Of a DNA stretch of 64,000 bases, positions 37,344 through 50,624 are shown in pieces. Within the stretch, counting starts at the first letter, position 1. Each line of letters opens with the position of its first letter. Source of the DNA: Callorhinchus milii (taxonomy: Eukaryota); contig NW_024704743.1 in assembly GCF_018977255.1 (NCBI RefSeq), forward strand, positions 84,136,001-84,200,000. Direction: 5' to 3'. The notes under the pieces were generated by a model that was not told the origin of the DNA, ran no database searches, and saw only the letters and a list, made by a program, of their open reading frames with translations. The translations under genes and the position numbers were made by a program.

Positions 37344-37584
37344 GGCTTGAAATTCCAACCAGTCTTAGCCTGTGAGACCAGTCATTTTGCCTTAAAATTT
37401 AAGATTGAGGAGAATTCTTCAATTCAGTCTTAATTTGGAAGCTGGTTTTCCACACTTCTTAAAAATGAACTGGCTTTAAGATTAAGGATGAATTGTTAAA
37501 AGAACATGCATAACAAAACAAATACAATCTTAAATTTGAACACAAAATGGCCTTACAGGCTAAGTCTTAGTGGATTTCTGGACC
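37344..37584. mobile_element. Palindromic MITE copy 2
   Basis: ~60-bp inverted ends: CTTAGCCTGTGAG..CATTTTG..AAATTTAAGATTG / CAATCTTAAATTT..CAAAATGG..TTACAGGCTAAG; left flank TTA. Confidence 0.75.
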
Positions 37585-39169
37585 ACTTGTTGTCTCTATC
37601 TACCAAGGCTATTACTTTTATGGTGATGCACCAATAATAGTGACATGCAGTGAACTGTGTACTTTGTAGGAGAATCTTTGAACATTCATACTAAAGATAC
37701 AGAGTATATTCCAGCACAAGAAGCTGCAATATTGCTAATGTGGGCTGGCACCCACAGCAGTCCAGACTTGCGAGTACTGTCAATGTTGTCAATACAGTAA
37801 AGCAATCAAAGCTGATAATGCAGTTGTGGGCATAAATACAGCTCAATAAATACTTTATTCAATAACTCTGCGGTAATACATTCTCCACATTGCATTGCTG
37901 CACTTAATTTATGATTAACCAATTGTTCACAAAAGCATCATTGCCAAAAATACTTTTTGATGCACATCAGCTACACTTGAGTCTTCAACAAACAGATGTA
38001 TGTTAAAGTAGTTCGGTTTTAAATGTGACACTGTTTGAACAGATGCTAAATTCAAGGAAGTCAGGTAGTCATCTAGTATCAGAAAAGTCAATCATTGTGG
38101 AAAATTAAACTCCAATGATTCTGGGTTAGAATTTGAAAGAACTGGTAACATAAAATCATAAAGACTAAAGGACGAAGCTTTGCTCTAAATTGTAAATGAT
38201 ACCATCATAGATCAACTGATTTGAATCAACCATTATTGATGCTAACCAGAATTCTGAGCTCAATGGAGATTTGCCCATTATTTGTGAAATTACCAACATC
38301 TATAATGGAAACAGCAAAGGTGGAGTATAGGTACAAGAGGTTCATGTCATGTTTGGGAGTTTAGTGTCATAGATCCTTGCATGATCAGTTGGACTAGGCT
38401 TGACAACCACAATAACAATAAAATGGTGTTTTTGTTTCTTTAAGGAAAGTGCAGTCTGGTATAAGCAACCCTTTTATTATCTCTAAGCGCTGGTGTTTTA
38501 CAAAAGACCAAGACAAAGCGATTCGCAAGGATATGAAGTTGCTGAAGAGTTGTCAGGTTTCAGACAGAGACAAGTGTAATTTATAAACACAGTGAAGCTG
38601 CCCATAAAGTCAAATGGAAATGCCACTGCAGCATTTTGTTATGATTGAACGTCTTAGTCTGACAATCTACTTATGAAAAATTCTGGTGTCCTATAATAAA
38701 CGCTGAACTCTATGCCCTTACCAGTCTACTGTTTTTAACTAAGGAGTAGTCCTGAAGGCTTTTGAAGTCACGGCTTGGGAAGTGAGGTTAAAGATGTTCA
38801 CCTGAAGAACATTATGATATCCAATTTCCAAAGGCATAACCAATTCCTTTAATTCATTCAGTTACTGAATGTGCCTCTCTGGCTCTAAAGTTTGAATCTG
38901 ACCTGGATGTCAAGAGATGAATATCTTCACAATAGGTGCACAGGAAGGACATAAGGGATAAGATATTTAAGCTTTTAAATCAATTTACCAGAATGTCAGG
39001 AATTAAACCATAAATAACAAAAATGCCTTTTGAGTTATTATGAAAATATATCCAGGTGTTTAACAGCAGGTGTTATGCTTTGCATTGTATCATTCAGCCC
39101 TTGAAATATCAATTTAGAGAAATACCTTATGCTGCATTTCAATGTAACATGTGAGCTTAGCTTTGCATT

Positions 39170-39502
39170 CATCGTCTAGCCTAATACAGTGAAGTGCCGG
39201 GGAGTGCCGCACTGTCAAGGGTGCCATCCTTTTGATGGAAAGTTAAACTCCCTATTCAGGTGGATGCTAAAGATAACATTATTCAAAAAGAGAAGGGATT
39301 TTCTCCTGGTATCCTGACCAACAATTCCACAAATAAAATTGGTCATTCTCTTCATAGATTTTGGGGGACAGTGGTGTATGCAAATTGGCTGCCATGGTTG
39401 CCTACGATTACACCACACAGTATCTCCTGTGAAGCACCGTGAGATGTCTCGATGACCCCATAAGATCTATATCAAATTCTCAAGGATTACTGTTATTATT
39501 AT
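39170..39502 (+). mobile_element. Deu-SINE lacking its head
   Basis: CTCCTGGTATCCTGACCAAC..AATTGGTCATT..GCAAATTGGCTGCC..AAGGATTACTG(TTA)n. Confidence 0.8.
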
Positions 39503-40722
39503 TACGTGGAGTTTGTCTCCTCTGTTATTCTGTCTTACATTCCCCTCCTACACCAAATTTACCCTTAAATTCAAAGGAATTAACTGCTCGTCTCGTTGTT
39601 TATGTGATGCTGCTGGCACAGATTTGTGGCTGTGTTTGCCTCGATATCAATGTTCACATATATATGATTTTCATGGCATTTTTCACATACATCTGCATCT
39701 CAGATCTGATGGTAATTTTAACTTAATTTAAGAGCAATTTCCAGAGCAACAACACACAGCAGAAAACTGTGTGCTATGGACAACCTCATATATCTCTGTG
39801 GAGTTGTGGTATTACTGAACACCACTTCAAAATGACCCGCTGGTAAATCTGTCCCTATATATACACTGCGTTCTAACCCGTAAAATTGTTGCACTATTTT
39901 TCTTTTCTCCTTTTGTACAAATGCAGAATATTTTCAGGCATCAATGGACCTGGTATTGATGTACCAGCGACCTGATATTACAACACAACTGCAAGGTCCA
40001 TATATCACTCATTAATGCCACCACTGAATAAATATTGCATACAAACACACAGTCATTACCTTTCATAGTAAAATTCTTTGAAATGCTTTGAGATGTCTTG
40101 ATGACGTGATAGGGTGCTGTATCAAATGCAAGTTCCAAATGCAAGGATTCTTATTGTACCTATTCAAAATTTAACACCCACCATTGGAGAAATACTATAC
40201 CCACTGTGTCAATAACAGATTTTCATTAAATGGATTAGTCTATAAATTTTGTTTTGCTAAATTACCTGAAAACGAATTACTTTTCAGAGAGTCATAGAAT
40301 CATACAGCACAAAAAGAGGCCATTCGGCCCATCGAGTCTGTGCCGGCTCTTTAAAAAGAGCAATGTAACTTCAATCCCACTCCCCAGCCCTTTCCCCATA
40401 ACCCTGCAGACCCGTCCTCCTCAAATATCTGTCCACTGCATTTTTAAAAGTTGTTATCGTATCGGCCTCCTTTCAGGCAATGCGTTCCAGATTCAAACAA
40501 CTTGCTGCATGAAGAAATTTCTTCTCCCCTCTGCTTGTTTTAGAGACTATTTTAAATCTGTGACCTCGAGTCACCGACACACCCATCAGTGGAAACATTT
40601 TTTCCATTTCTAACCTATCAAATCCCCTCATGATTTTGAAGACCTCTATTAGGTCTCCTCATAACCTGCTCTGCTCCAATGAGAATAATCCAAGCCTCTC
40701 TAGCCTTTCCTCATAATCAAGG

Positions 40723-41651
40723 AATCAATAATTTTAACGTGGATTGGGGAATGGTTAACGGGTAGGAAACAAAGAGTAGGGATAAATGGGTCCTCTTCAG
40801 ATTGTCGGGATGTGACTAGTGGAGTGCCACAAGGATCAGTCCTTGGGCCTCAGCTATTTACCATCTACATCAACGATCTAGATGAGGACATTAAAGCTAA
40901 TATATCTAAACTCGCGGATGACACAAGACTAGGAGGAAGTGTCAACACCGAGGACGACATTAAAAAAATGTAGCGCGACATAGATAGGTTAGGTGATTGG
41001 GCAGGTAGGTGGCAGATGAAGTATAATGTAGGGAAGTGCGAAGTCATCCACCTAGGTAGCAAAAACAGTAGAGCGGGTTATTTTTTAGAAGGGGAGAGAT
41101 TGGAATGTGTTAGCGTCCAGAGGGACGTGGGTGTCCCTGTACACCAATCACAGAAAGTTAGTCTGCAGGTGCAGTAAGCAATTAGGAAGGCGAAGGGTAT
41201 GTTAGCATTCATTATGAAAGGATTAGAGTATAAGAGTAGGGAAGTGCTGCAACTGTATAGGGCCTATATATAGGGCCCCTCTTATAGAAACCTATAAGAT
41301 CATCAAAGGGCATGATAGAGTAGATAGTGGGAGATTGTTTCCTCTGATTGGAGAAACTAAAACCAGGGGTCACAACCGTAAAATCAGAGGCCAGCCCTTT
41401 CGCAAAGGGTGGTGAATACATGGAACTCACTACCCCAAAGGGCTATTGACGTTCAGTCCTTGAACATATTCAAGACTGAGATAGATAGATTTCTTATTGC
41501 AAAAGGGATTAAGGGATATGGGGATAAGGCAGGGTTATGTTATTAGCTGGAGTTAGATTAGAAGATCAGCCATGATTGAATGGTGGGGCAGGCTTGAAGG
41601 GCTGAATGGCCTACTCCTGCTCCTACATGTTATGTTATGTTATGTTATGTT
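40723..41651 (+). mobile_element. 5'-truncated CR1 of a different family nested in the outer CR1, with AAGG target-site duplication
   Basis: [45 protein letters not shown] with stops; (TTATG)n tail; AAGG at 40719-40722 and 41652-41655. Confidence 0.95.
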
Positions 41652-41805
41652 AAGGTCCCTCATTCCTGGTACCATCCTTGTAAATCTCCTCTGCGCCCTT
41701 TCCAATGCCTTAACATCCTTCCTATAGTGTGGTGCCCAGAACTGGGCGCAGTATTCTAACTGAGGCCTAACCAGTGTTTTATATAGGTTAATGGTAAACT
41801 CCTGA

Positions 41806-43180
41806 CCTTCAGCCCAGTCAACCTTTTCAGTACTTCCTCTTTGTCTATATTTATCCTATTCATTTCCTCTATCCTCTCCTCCGATACTGTGGCATTTGGT
41901 GCATCCACTTCTTTTGTGAAGACAAATGCAAAGTACTCATTCAGTACAACAGCCTCCACAATAAGATTTCCGCCTTGGTCCTTAATTGGCCCCACCCTAC
42001 CTTTGACTAACCTTTTTTTCTTGATATGTTTGTAAAATATTTTAGAATTCCCTTTAATGTTACCCGCTAACCTTTTCCCGTATAATCTTTTTGCCCCTCT
42101 TATATCCTTTTTCAAACCTCTTCTGCACTTCCTATATTCTATTTGGTTGTCTTCTGTATCTTGGGTTTGACATTTGTCACACGACTCCTTTTTCTGCTTC
42201 ATTCTAGATACAATTACCTTCATCATCCAGGGAGATTTGGATGCCCTACTTTTCCCTCTTGTGGAAATGTATTTATTCTGTCCCCGAACTATCTCATCCT
42301 TGAAGACTTCCCACTGCTCTTTAATTGTTTTACCTGCCAATCTTTCTTTCCAGTCCACCTTGGCTAGGTCCATTTTTAACTCACTGAAATTTGTCCTCTT
42401 CCAGTTGAGTATCTTCACCTTAGATGGTTCCTTGTCCCTTTCCATATGCACTCTGAATCTAATGATGTTGTGATCACTATTACCCAGATGCTTTCCCATT
42501 GAAACCTGTTCCACTTGCCCTACTTCATTCCCCAGAACTAGATCCAGCACTGCTTCCTTCCTCGTTGGGCTGGAAACATACTGATCAAGAAAGTTGTCCT
42601 GTATGCATTTTAGGAATACTTCCCTCTCCTTGCCCTTTGCGCTGTTGTTTTACCAGTCTATGTTGGGATAATTAAAGTCCCTCAGCATCACGATTCTATT
42701 GGCCTGGCATCTGTCTGAGATCTGCTTGCAGATCTGCTCATCTATTTCCTTCCCACTATTTGGTGGTCTATAGTATATCCCTACCAGCATAACAGCACCT
42801 TTTTTGTTCCTTAACTCTAACCAGATAGATTCCATTTTGGGGCCCACCAGTACCTCGACCCTTTCCACGGTTATAGCCGCATCCTTGATTAACATTGCTA
42901 CACCCCCTCCTTTTTTTCCTTCCCTATCCCTCCTGAATACATTATAGCCAGGAATATTCAGCTCCCATTTCTGTCCTTGTTTGAGCCAAGTCTCTGTTAC
43001 TGCTGCTACATCGTATCCCCCTATGACCACTTGAGCCTGCAGCTCACCAATCTTGTTTGCTAAACTCCGTGCATTTAGGCACATGCACTCCAAGACCGAC
43101 TTGACCTGTTCTGCACTTCCCCCCCGTTTCATTTCTCCATTTTCTAGCTCTTTGTTTTTTGCATTCCCTTCCCCCCTCAA
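41806..43180 (-). pseudogene. CR1 ORF2 N-terminal half: APE endonuclease and linker, one premature stop
   Basis: ORF-track 42650-43180 and 41756-42550 carry APE motifs; stop at 42650-42652. Confidence 0.9.
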
Positions 43181-43182
43181 AA

Positions 43183-43625
43183 CTAGTTTAAACCCTCCCC
43201 AACATTAGTTAGCCTGTCTGCAAGCACATTCACCCCAGCCCTGTTTAGGTGCAACCCATCCATATGGTACAGGTCCCACCTGCCCCAGAAATGGTCCAAT
43301 TGATCCAGAAACCTGAAGCCCTCTTTTTTGGACCATTTCTCCAGCCAAGTATTCATATGCTTGATCCTGCCATTATGGTACTTATTTGCCCGAGGCACAG
43401 GGAGTAATCCAGAGATTACCACCTTGGATGTTCTATTCTTTAGTTTGTTCCCCAGCTTTGATATTCATCTTGTAGCATCTCAGCCCTTTTTTTACCAATA
43501 TCATGGATCCCAACCTGGATCACCACTTCTGCATGTTCCCCTTCCCCCTGAAGAATTTTATCCACCCGTTCCGTGATGTCTAAGACTGTTGCACCAGGGA
43601 GGCAACATACCATCCTTGACTCCCT
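43183..43625 (-). pseudogene. CR1 ORF1 SGNH-esterase domain remnant
   Basis: ESRMVCCLPGATVLDITERV upstream; VISGLLPVPR..DLYHMDGLHLNRAG (DxxH motif) in ORF 43183-43422. Confidence 0.88.
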
Positions 43626-44057
43626 TCTTCTGTTACTCTCTTCGTCTGTCTATACCTCTCACTGTCCCTTTTATAATTTTGTTTTCATTTAGATTTTTCC
43701 AGTTTAGGTCCTCACTTCATCAGAAGCTGGTAGGATCCTGACATCTTACCTTGCCATTTCTTAACCTGCCAAGAGAAGGGACACTGGAGGAATCCATACT
43801 CTGATTTTATATATGATATACTTTCTATTGCTCACTGGAGTGAACTTTCACCCTCCATTCTCTGCCTCTCCGCCATGTGGCCCAGCTGAGTTGGAGTAAT
43901 GATCATCCAGGGAGTCGTGGGCATCTAACCTGCATCCAGTTACTGCAAGGAAGAAAATACATCTCTTTGAGCAGCACCAATGTCAATTTTACAGAGTTCG
44001 CGTACTGTAACACCACATGTCATTCTACAGCATCAAACACAAAAGGACAATACATTT

Positions 44058-44425
44058 CACTGGCTCAGTTGGTATCACACTCACCTCTGAGTCAGACATT
44101 TTTGAGTTCTAACCCTGTATTGGGTCTTTGAGCTCATAATCTAAGGTGATACTCCCATTCAGTGGTGGGGTGCTCTACAGCGTCGGAGGTGCCATCCTTC
44201 AGATCAGATGTTAAACCAAGGACCTGTCTGTCTGTTTGTGTGGATGTTAAAGATCCACAGTGCTATTCAAAAAGGAAAAGGGAGTTTCTCCCAGTGTCAT
44301 GACAAAATTTGTCATTACTCTAGATAAAATTTGTCAGTCACTTCAAGGCTTTTTATGGGTTATTACTGTGCGCATGTGGACTGCCTCATTCACCTACAAA
44401 CCCAAACTCACTGACCTTCATAGTA
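44058..44425 (+). mobile_element. Deu-SINE (SacSINE1-like), near full length
   Basis: TGGCTCAGTTGGTATCACACTCACCTCTGAGTCAGA head followed by Deu domain. Confidence 0.85.
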
Positions 44426-45584
44426 AATACTTACATTTTAATAATCCTTGCATTTGATACAGTGCCTTCAGGTCAGAAGAACTTATTTTGACAATGTGAA
44501 GTGACGCTATATCAAATGTAATTTTTTTCATTATGTATGGAAATATATGACAAAATACACAGTCAATTCACTTTACAGTATATTCTGTGAAGGGCTTTGA
44601 AATGTCTCGAAGACATGAAAAGGCGCCGTATCAAAAGCAAGCATTATTATTATTTCTACTTGTGAAATGATAATGAAAAGCTTGAACTGAGGCCACTGTG
44701 GTGTTTTGCTATAATACAGGATATTGCTGATTTAATTGCACAACAACTGATTGCACTGAGAAAATTGCCGTAATTAGATATTGACCAGTTTCAAATATGT
44801 GAAAGGTCTGTGAAATATGGTGCACAGAATGTTATTTTGTAAGTCTCTCTTTAACCACTAAGCACCTGATTTTGGTGTACATGTGTAATCCTGACATTTT
44901 GGTGCCTTGATTTGCACTGAAACAACTGTGCAGCGCAGCATAATGCATGAGTAAGCGTGTAAACTAGAAGCAAAGAACTTTGTAATTACAATCAGTTGTG
45001 TCAAATGCTTTGAGATGTCCTCTCAACATAAAAGGCACTACGTAAATGTAAATTGTTGTTGTTGTATAGGAACTCAGATTGGCTAATGGGGAGCCTTGCA
45101 GGTAATCAGCAGTACATCACCTGAATCGTGGGAATACTATAATAAACTTTTAGCTGTTCAGAGCTGTAAACTTGCGATTCGCTGTGACAGACGTTTGCTG
45201 TAAGAGACTGTGAAGAGCTGTCAGTGAATCCCAATGTGAATGCTACTTTTTTGACCCAATTATGTTCTTATGTTTACAGTTTTTATATTTGCAATAAGAA
45301 GCATTGCTAAATTATAATGTTATGTTTAGATGGGATGCCATTTGCCATATTTCTTAAGATATTTCTCCTTATCAGAGTTGCATGAATTCAGGAATCCTTC
45401 AGGTAATCTGAAAGTATGAACTTGGACCTTGGGTGCTCCACGCTGACAGGATCTACTTCCAGAGCAAGCTTCAGGCTGATTTACTGCAAATTAGACCCCG
45501 ATATTGTAAGTTCAAACACATACAGTACACAAATTAATAATTACATTTCTATTTTAAGAATCAATGTACTTTTAAATTATACAC

Positions 45585-45955
45585 AACAACAACAAACAAA
45601 TTGCATTTATATGGCACCTTTCACCAGGAAGAGGTCCCAAGGTGCTGGACAGTCGAGGATTTGCATCCCAGCTTCAGGTTGTATTCTGGAGAGCGTGAGT
45701 GGGAAGATGACTGAATACATGGTCAAGGAGGAAGGTGTTTAGACAGGCTTTAAACTAGGTGAGGGAAGAGGTGAGGCAAAGGGACTCCGCAATGGAGTTC
45801 CAGAGAGTGAGAGGGAAAAGGCCCGACCACTGATGGGTGAGGCAGGCAGGGCAGGGACGTGAAGCAGCCCAGTTTCTGCTGAGCAGAGGGAGCGGGCAGG
45901 TTGGGAGGGTTTTAGAAGGTCACAGAGATAGGGTGAGGCAAGATTGTGGAGGGAT
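45585..45955 (-). mobile_element. L2 3' end, older
   Basis: (CAA)n + GGCACCTTTCACCAGGAAGAGGTCCCAAGGTGCTGGACAG; collinear with 6072-6470. Confidence 0.82.
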
Positions 45956-46049
45956 ACAGCAATTATGGATGCGTTTGTTTTTTAAAAAATAAAAGTACTG
46001 ACTTTAAAAGTTGAAAAGGATTTTAGTTTCCCATGGAGTTAAGTGTGAT

Positions 46050-46380
46050 GCTGCATGAACACTCTACGAGTTAAAGCTCGCCTGCCTATTTACATCAAAC
46101 ACTGAGAAATAAAACGAGTTACAGGCAGTTTGCAGATTATGACATCCATCAGTAGGGAAATGCAAGTGCTCCACCTCGCTGGGCTTCGATCTGTAAGCCA
46201 TGCCTCATTATACGATTTTAGTATAATGGCATAACAGTAATCAATGGCCACTGAAAGTGAATTAAAGGTTGATTTTTGTGCTAATTAGTGCAAAAAGGAA
46301 AACTGAATATTGCTGTCACTTTAATCTTAAACCATAAAGCACCTGCACATGATCTTAGCTCATTTGATCAAAGCAAATTG
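46050..46380. promoter_or_regulatory. Candidate conserved non-coding element
   Basis: Repeat-free, CpGs retained; CTAATTAG, TAATCAAT, TCATTA and ACATCAAA motifs. Confidence 0.3.
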
Positions 46381-47879
46381 CTACAAAAATATGAAAACAG
46401 AAAGAAATAAGTCAGTGCTCCAGCTGAATCATTGTTCTCAATTGTATAAATGTTGTTGCTGTTCTATTAGTGTGTACAATCCAAAAGTAACTTCTGCTAA
46501 TCTCTGTTTTTCTCTGAGCTTGTCTTTCAGGCAGTGTTATTCATTCATCATATGATATTCCAATGTACCTGGTTCCTATACTTACTGAGAACCACCATAG
46601 TCATTTACAATCTATTGAACACTTGCGTGCAACCCCTTGACTGATGCACTTTATTTATGCATTATGGTTAAGTGATCAAATCTAGAGATGATAAGAAGTG
46701 TTTGCATTTAACTTGTACTTATTGTTTCAGTGGTTGACTTGGAATTTTGGAAACTGTATTAAGATGCCTTTGTTCTGCACGGAGTTCATTTACTGACTGC
46801 CATATGGCTCCACTTTATTGATTACACAAAGCATCCCAAGCCAGTTTGAAGGTTTCTGCTGTTCGATTTTGTTCAAAACTGGATATTGTATAAGTCTGGG
46901 TCCATTAAACCGCTGACTGTGTACAAATCGTTTATATCTCAGTGACTGGATGTGCATCTGTCAGTTGAATCATTTTAACCGTATGCTTCAGTTCAGTTGA
47001 ACATGTCTTTCTGACTCAGTTCTGATATTTACTATTTTTATATTTGCAAGAAGAAGCTCTGCTAAATTACATTGTGTGTGTGCTGTATTTTAATATTATT
47101 GTAAAATAGAACAATGATTAATATTCAGATAACTTCAAAGTGTACCAAGGGTTAGATTTTAAACCCATCTGTGATCATGTTTTCATTATAATTGCTCCTT
47201 CCAGCCATTAACAATAAACCTTGTGGCTGCATTCTGGTCTTTAACATTTTAGCTTTAATATGCTGTTCTCCTTCTCTTGTAGTTGGGCAGTTGCATCATT
47301 GATGATTAACAGCAAACTTGGAATAACTCTTGATGTGTGTGGTTTAAAAGAAAAAACTAAATTCATCGGGTAAAAACATTGCAAAAACCAGTTGCAAAAC
47401 ATTGCAAAAACCTCAGAAAATATTCTGAACCACTTTGAAATTTCATATTAGAAATGCTTTTCCTACAAAACAAATGAGAATATACTGTAAAACACATGCA
47501 TTCACTGAGCACAAGGTCATGTTTGAATTCAATGAAGTTTTAGGAATGAATAAATCAAAGTCACTAAGCATCTTTTTGTAGATTCGAATTTTAGATGATC
47601 AGCATGCTCTCAGTTCAGTCCAATCTGACCTTCTCCCTTCCAACAAAACTGCAGTAAACTAAAGTTGTTGCTCAACAATTGTAAAAACAAATTTATCCAG
47701 TGATATACTTTTGTCAATAACACATTATGCTAAGTTAGCATTTTAGAGACTCAGAGGTTCCTAGATTGCCCAGACAACAGGATTCTCTCTTATCCAAATA
47801 TGAACAGTTCAGGCAAATAATATTTTAGTTATCACTTACACAATCTTGCCAAAATATCAGTATTTTTCCAAGACTTTCA

Positions 47880-48175
47880 GTTTACAGTCTAGGCTGAGAC
47901 TCCAATGAAATGCTGAGGGAATGCTGCATTGACAGATGTGTTTGAGATGTTAAACCGAGGTCCCATCCCAGGTTGGATGGACAATGAAGATCCCATGACA
48001 CTATTCAAAAAGAGATAACTTTCCGCTGGTGTCCTGGCTTACAATCCCCCAGACACAAAATTGGTCATTCATTTCCTGGCTGTTTGTGGGAGATTGCTGT
48101 GTGTAAATTGGTTGCTGTGTTCACCTACAAATACAGTCACAACACTTTACAGAAAACTCTGCGAGGTGCTTTTTT
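47880..48175 (+). mobile_element. Deu-SINE lacking head
   Basis: GAGATGTTAAACCGAGGTCCC..GGTGTCCTGGC..GGCTGTTTGTGGGAGATTGCTGTGTGTAAATTGG. Confidence 0.85.
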
Positions 48176-48402
48176 AGATCAAATTACATTTTTTTAATTG
48201 TGATTAAGAGATTTGCTGTTTGTAGAGTACATATTTATTGTAAGATTGCTTTATTCCCTTTATTTATTACACTGACTCATGTTTACCAAATAAAAATATT
48301 AATAACAAATTCAATTTGATTCACCTGAAGTCATCTCTTCCTCACTTGTGCATGTATCATATGGGTGTTGTATAACTGTCTTAAGATCAAACATTATTGT
48401 AA

Positions 48403-48570
48403 TAATAATGCTTTGCATTTGGCATAGCGCCTTATAGTGTTGTCGAGATGTCTCAAAGGCTTCACAGAATTTTACTGTGAAGTGTAATGACTGTGTATTG
48501 TTTGTTGAATACAGCAGCCAATTTGAACAGCAATGCCCCCAAACAGCTGTGAACTGAATGACCAATTTAT
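48403..48570 (-). mobile_element. Deu-SINE 3' fragment
   Basis: (TAA)n + GCATTTGGCATAGCGCC + reverse Deu core. Confidence 0.75.
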
Positions 48571-50624
48571 TACGCATCGTGATTTTTCTTCACCAGCTCT
48601 CCAAATTAGTCAATATCAGTTATGCCTTTCCAAAAGAATAACAAAATATTCTTGTAATTCGGGAATTGTTCTCTTTATTCAAGAAAAATATATTTCTATT
48701 ATTGTAATAGATTGGTAATATTGTATAAAATCTGAAAACGAAAACATAAGAAATTTAATTTAAAACTATTGATTGAATAATTATTTAAGTGTGCAAATGT
48801 AAAGTGATGTATGGCTAATCACAAATTGATTTTTCTTAAATTTTTTCCTAAATTATTGAGTGAATTATTATTTCTCTTGGGCAGCAAACTTTGTGTTCGC
48901 TATAATGCATTAATGCAAATGTGTAATTAAAACACAAGAGCCTTTTGCTTCACCGATTATTTTATGCGAAAAATAAGCCCACATTGCAGTATCATCAGAG
49001 GTACATAAAGTGCAGTAATAGAATGAGGTCTACACAGTATTATGATATTGCTTCAGGAGACTTGCATCTTTGCACTGTATGCTGCATAGGCTGTGAAGTT
49101 CACTGTGTGTAAAAAATGTAAAGTGGAGAGAGTATAAAACTTGGATATGGGAAGAGTTTTAAGCGTGGGTAGTTGAGGGAGTAAGCATAGACATGCAGTA
49201 TGCAGTACATAATAATAAAAATCCTTACATTTAAGAGTACCTTTCACAGAAAATTGATGTCATTAACACAAAGTTCAAATAATGTATATACATTTATATC
49301 AAAGATCCATAGATTGTGATTCCCCCACAAAATACACAGTCAATTCACTTCACAGTATATTCTGTGAAATGCCTTGAGACATCTCAACGACATGTTAAGG
49401 TGTTATATCAAATGCAAGGATTATTATTATTATTCCTAAGAAAGCAATAGCATTTCCAAATTCCTGAATTTAACCAAGATTCATTTCAAATAGGTGCCAA
49501 TAAACACAATAGAATTTTGCGGAATATAATCAGTAAATATGCAATGTAGAAGCCTGTCAAAAACAAAACCACTTGTGTAGTTTAAAGAGATTGTATAATG
49601 TTCCAGTTCCATATAAAGTAATAGTAAGAATCTAAATGCAACAATAATTGCATTTGATATAGTGCCTTATTACATTGTTGAAATGTCTCAAAGCGCTTCA
49701 CTGGATTTGTTGTAAACTGTACTGGCTGTATTTTTTGTAGGTAAATCAAAGGCTCTGAGATATAAATTGTAGAGAGTGTAATAGAAAGATATACAATGGA
49801 GAAATGCAGAGGGTGTGAAGTATCTGCGGTGCAAAATGTAGTGTTGGGAGGGTAGGGGGAGAGAAGCTGGTCTGTCCAAATTAATATTGAGGGGGAAACA
49901 AAAATAATAATTTAACTTAGAACTGTAGAGTGAGACATAACAAAATGATCCATTTATGTGGTCATGGGAGGTTTACAGCGCTCTAAATAGTCACTTACAC
50001 GGAGCACTGGAAAATACAGGTAACCTCTGGTGCAACATGAAGTGGTGCAGGGGGATATGAGAGTGAGTTCATGTGGTTTAATAGAGGAATCCTAGGGAAA
50101 GAGAAAGGGTTTCTGGACCTTACACCAATAATCAGAATCTGGAGGCCTAGAGAAACCCATCATTTTCCTCTGGATCTTTGCACCAAAATTAAAAGTAGGT
50201 GTGAAACATGGCAGCCACCATCACCAACAACATCCTGCACTAACAAGGTCTAATATAATAATGAACGGCAACGAGCTAAGAAGATGGAGTGGGATCCCAC
50301 ACAGTGTGGGCGATATGGAGATAATAGAGAGATGACATGACTGAACGAACAGGTAGGATTTTAGAAGGATTTTGGAAGGGGAGGAGGAGGGTTCAAGGCT
50401 GAGTCCTGGGGTGGGGATGGTGAAGGGGGGCACAAAGCAGCTGAAGGCTCCCCCCCTCCCAGCCTACTGGAAAATTCCTCTCATAGGACAATCCACCCTG
50501 TCAAATATCATCCCTTTATGTAATGAGAGAAGTACCAGCTTTCAACAAATAGTGAATGATGTCCTAGAACTGATGATAAAAGCTTATAGTGTGATAAAAT
50601 GACAAAAGTAATACTTGTACTTGA

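Larger units (their letters stand above)
40285..43640 (-). mobile_element. CR1 LINE (ORF1 esterase + APE endonuclease + 3' end) with RT domain deleted, interrupted by a second CR1
   Basis: ORF1 CCLPGA..DGLHLN; ORF2 LNARSL..VTETWL..YRPP..DFNYP..LDLVL..SDHN..LKV joined directly to NLYKTLVRPQLEYCAQFWAP; 3' end GGGCCGAATGGCC..TATGATTCTATGA. Confidence 0.95.
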
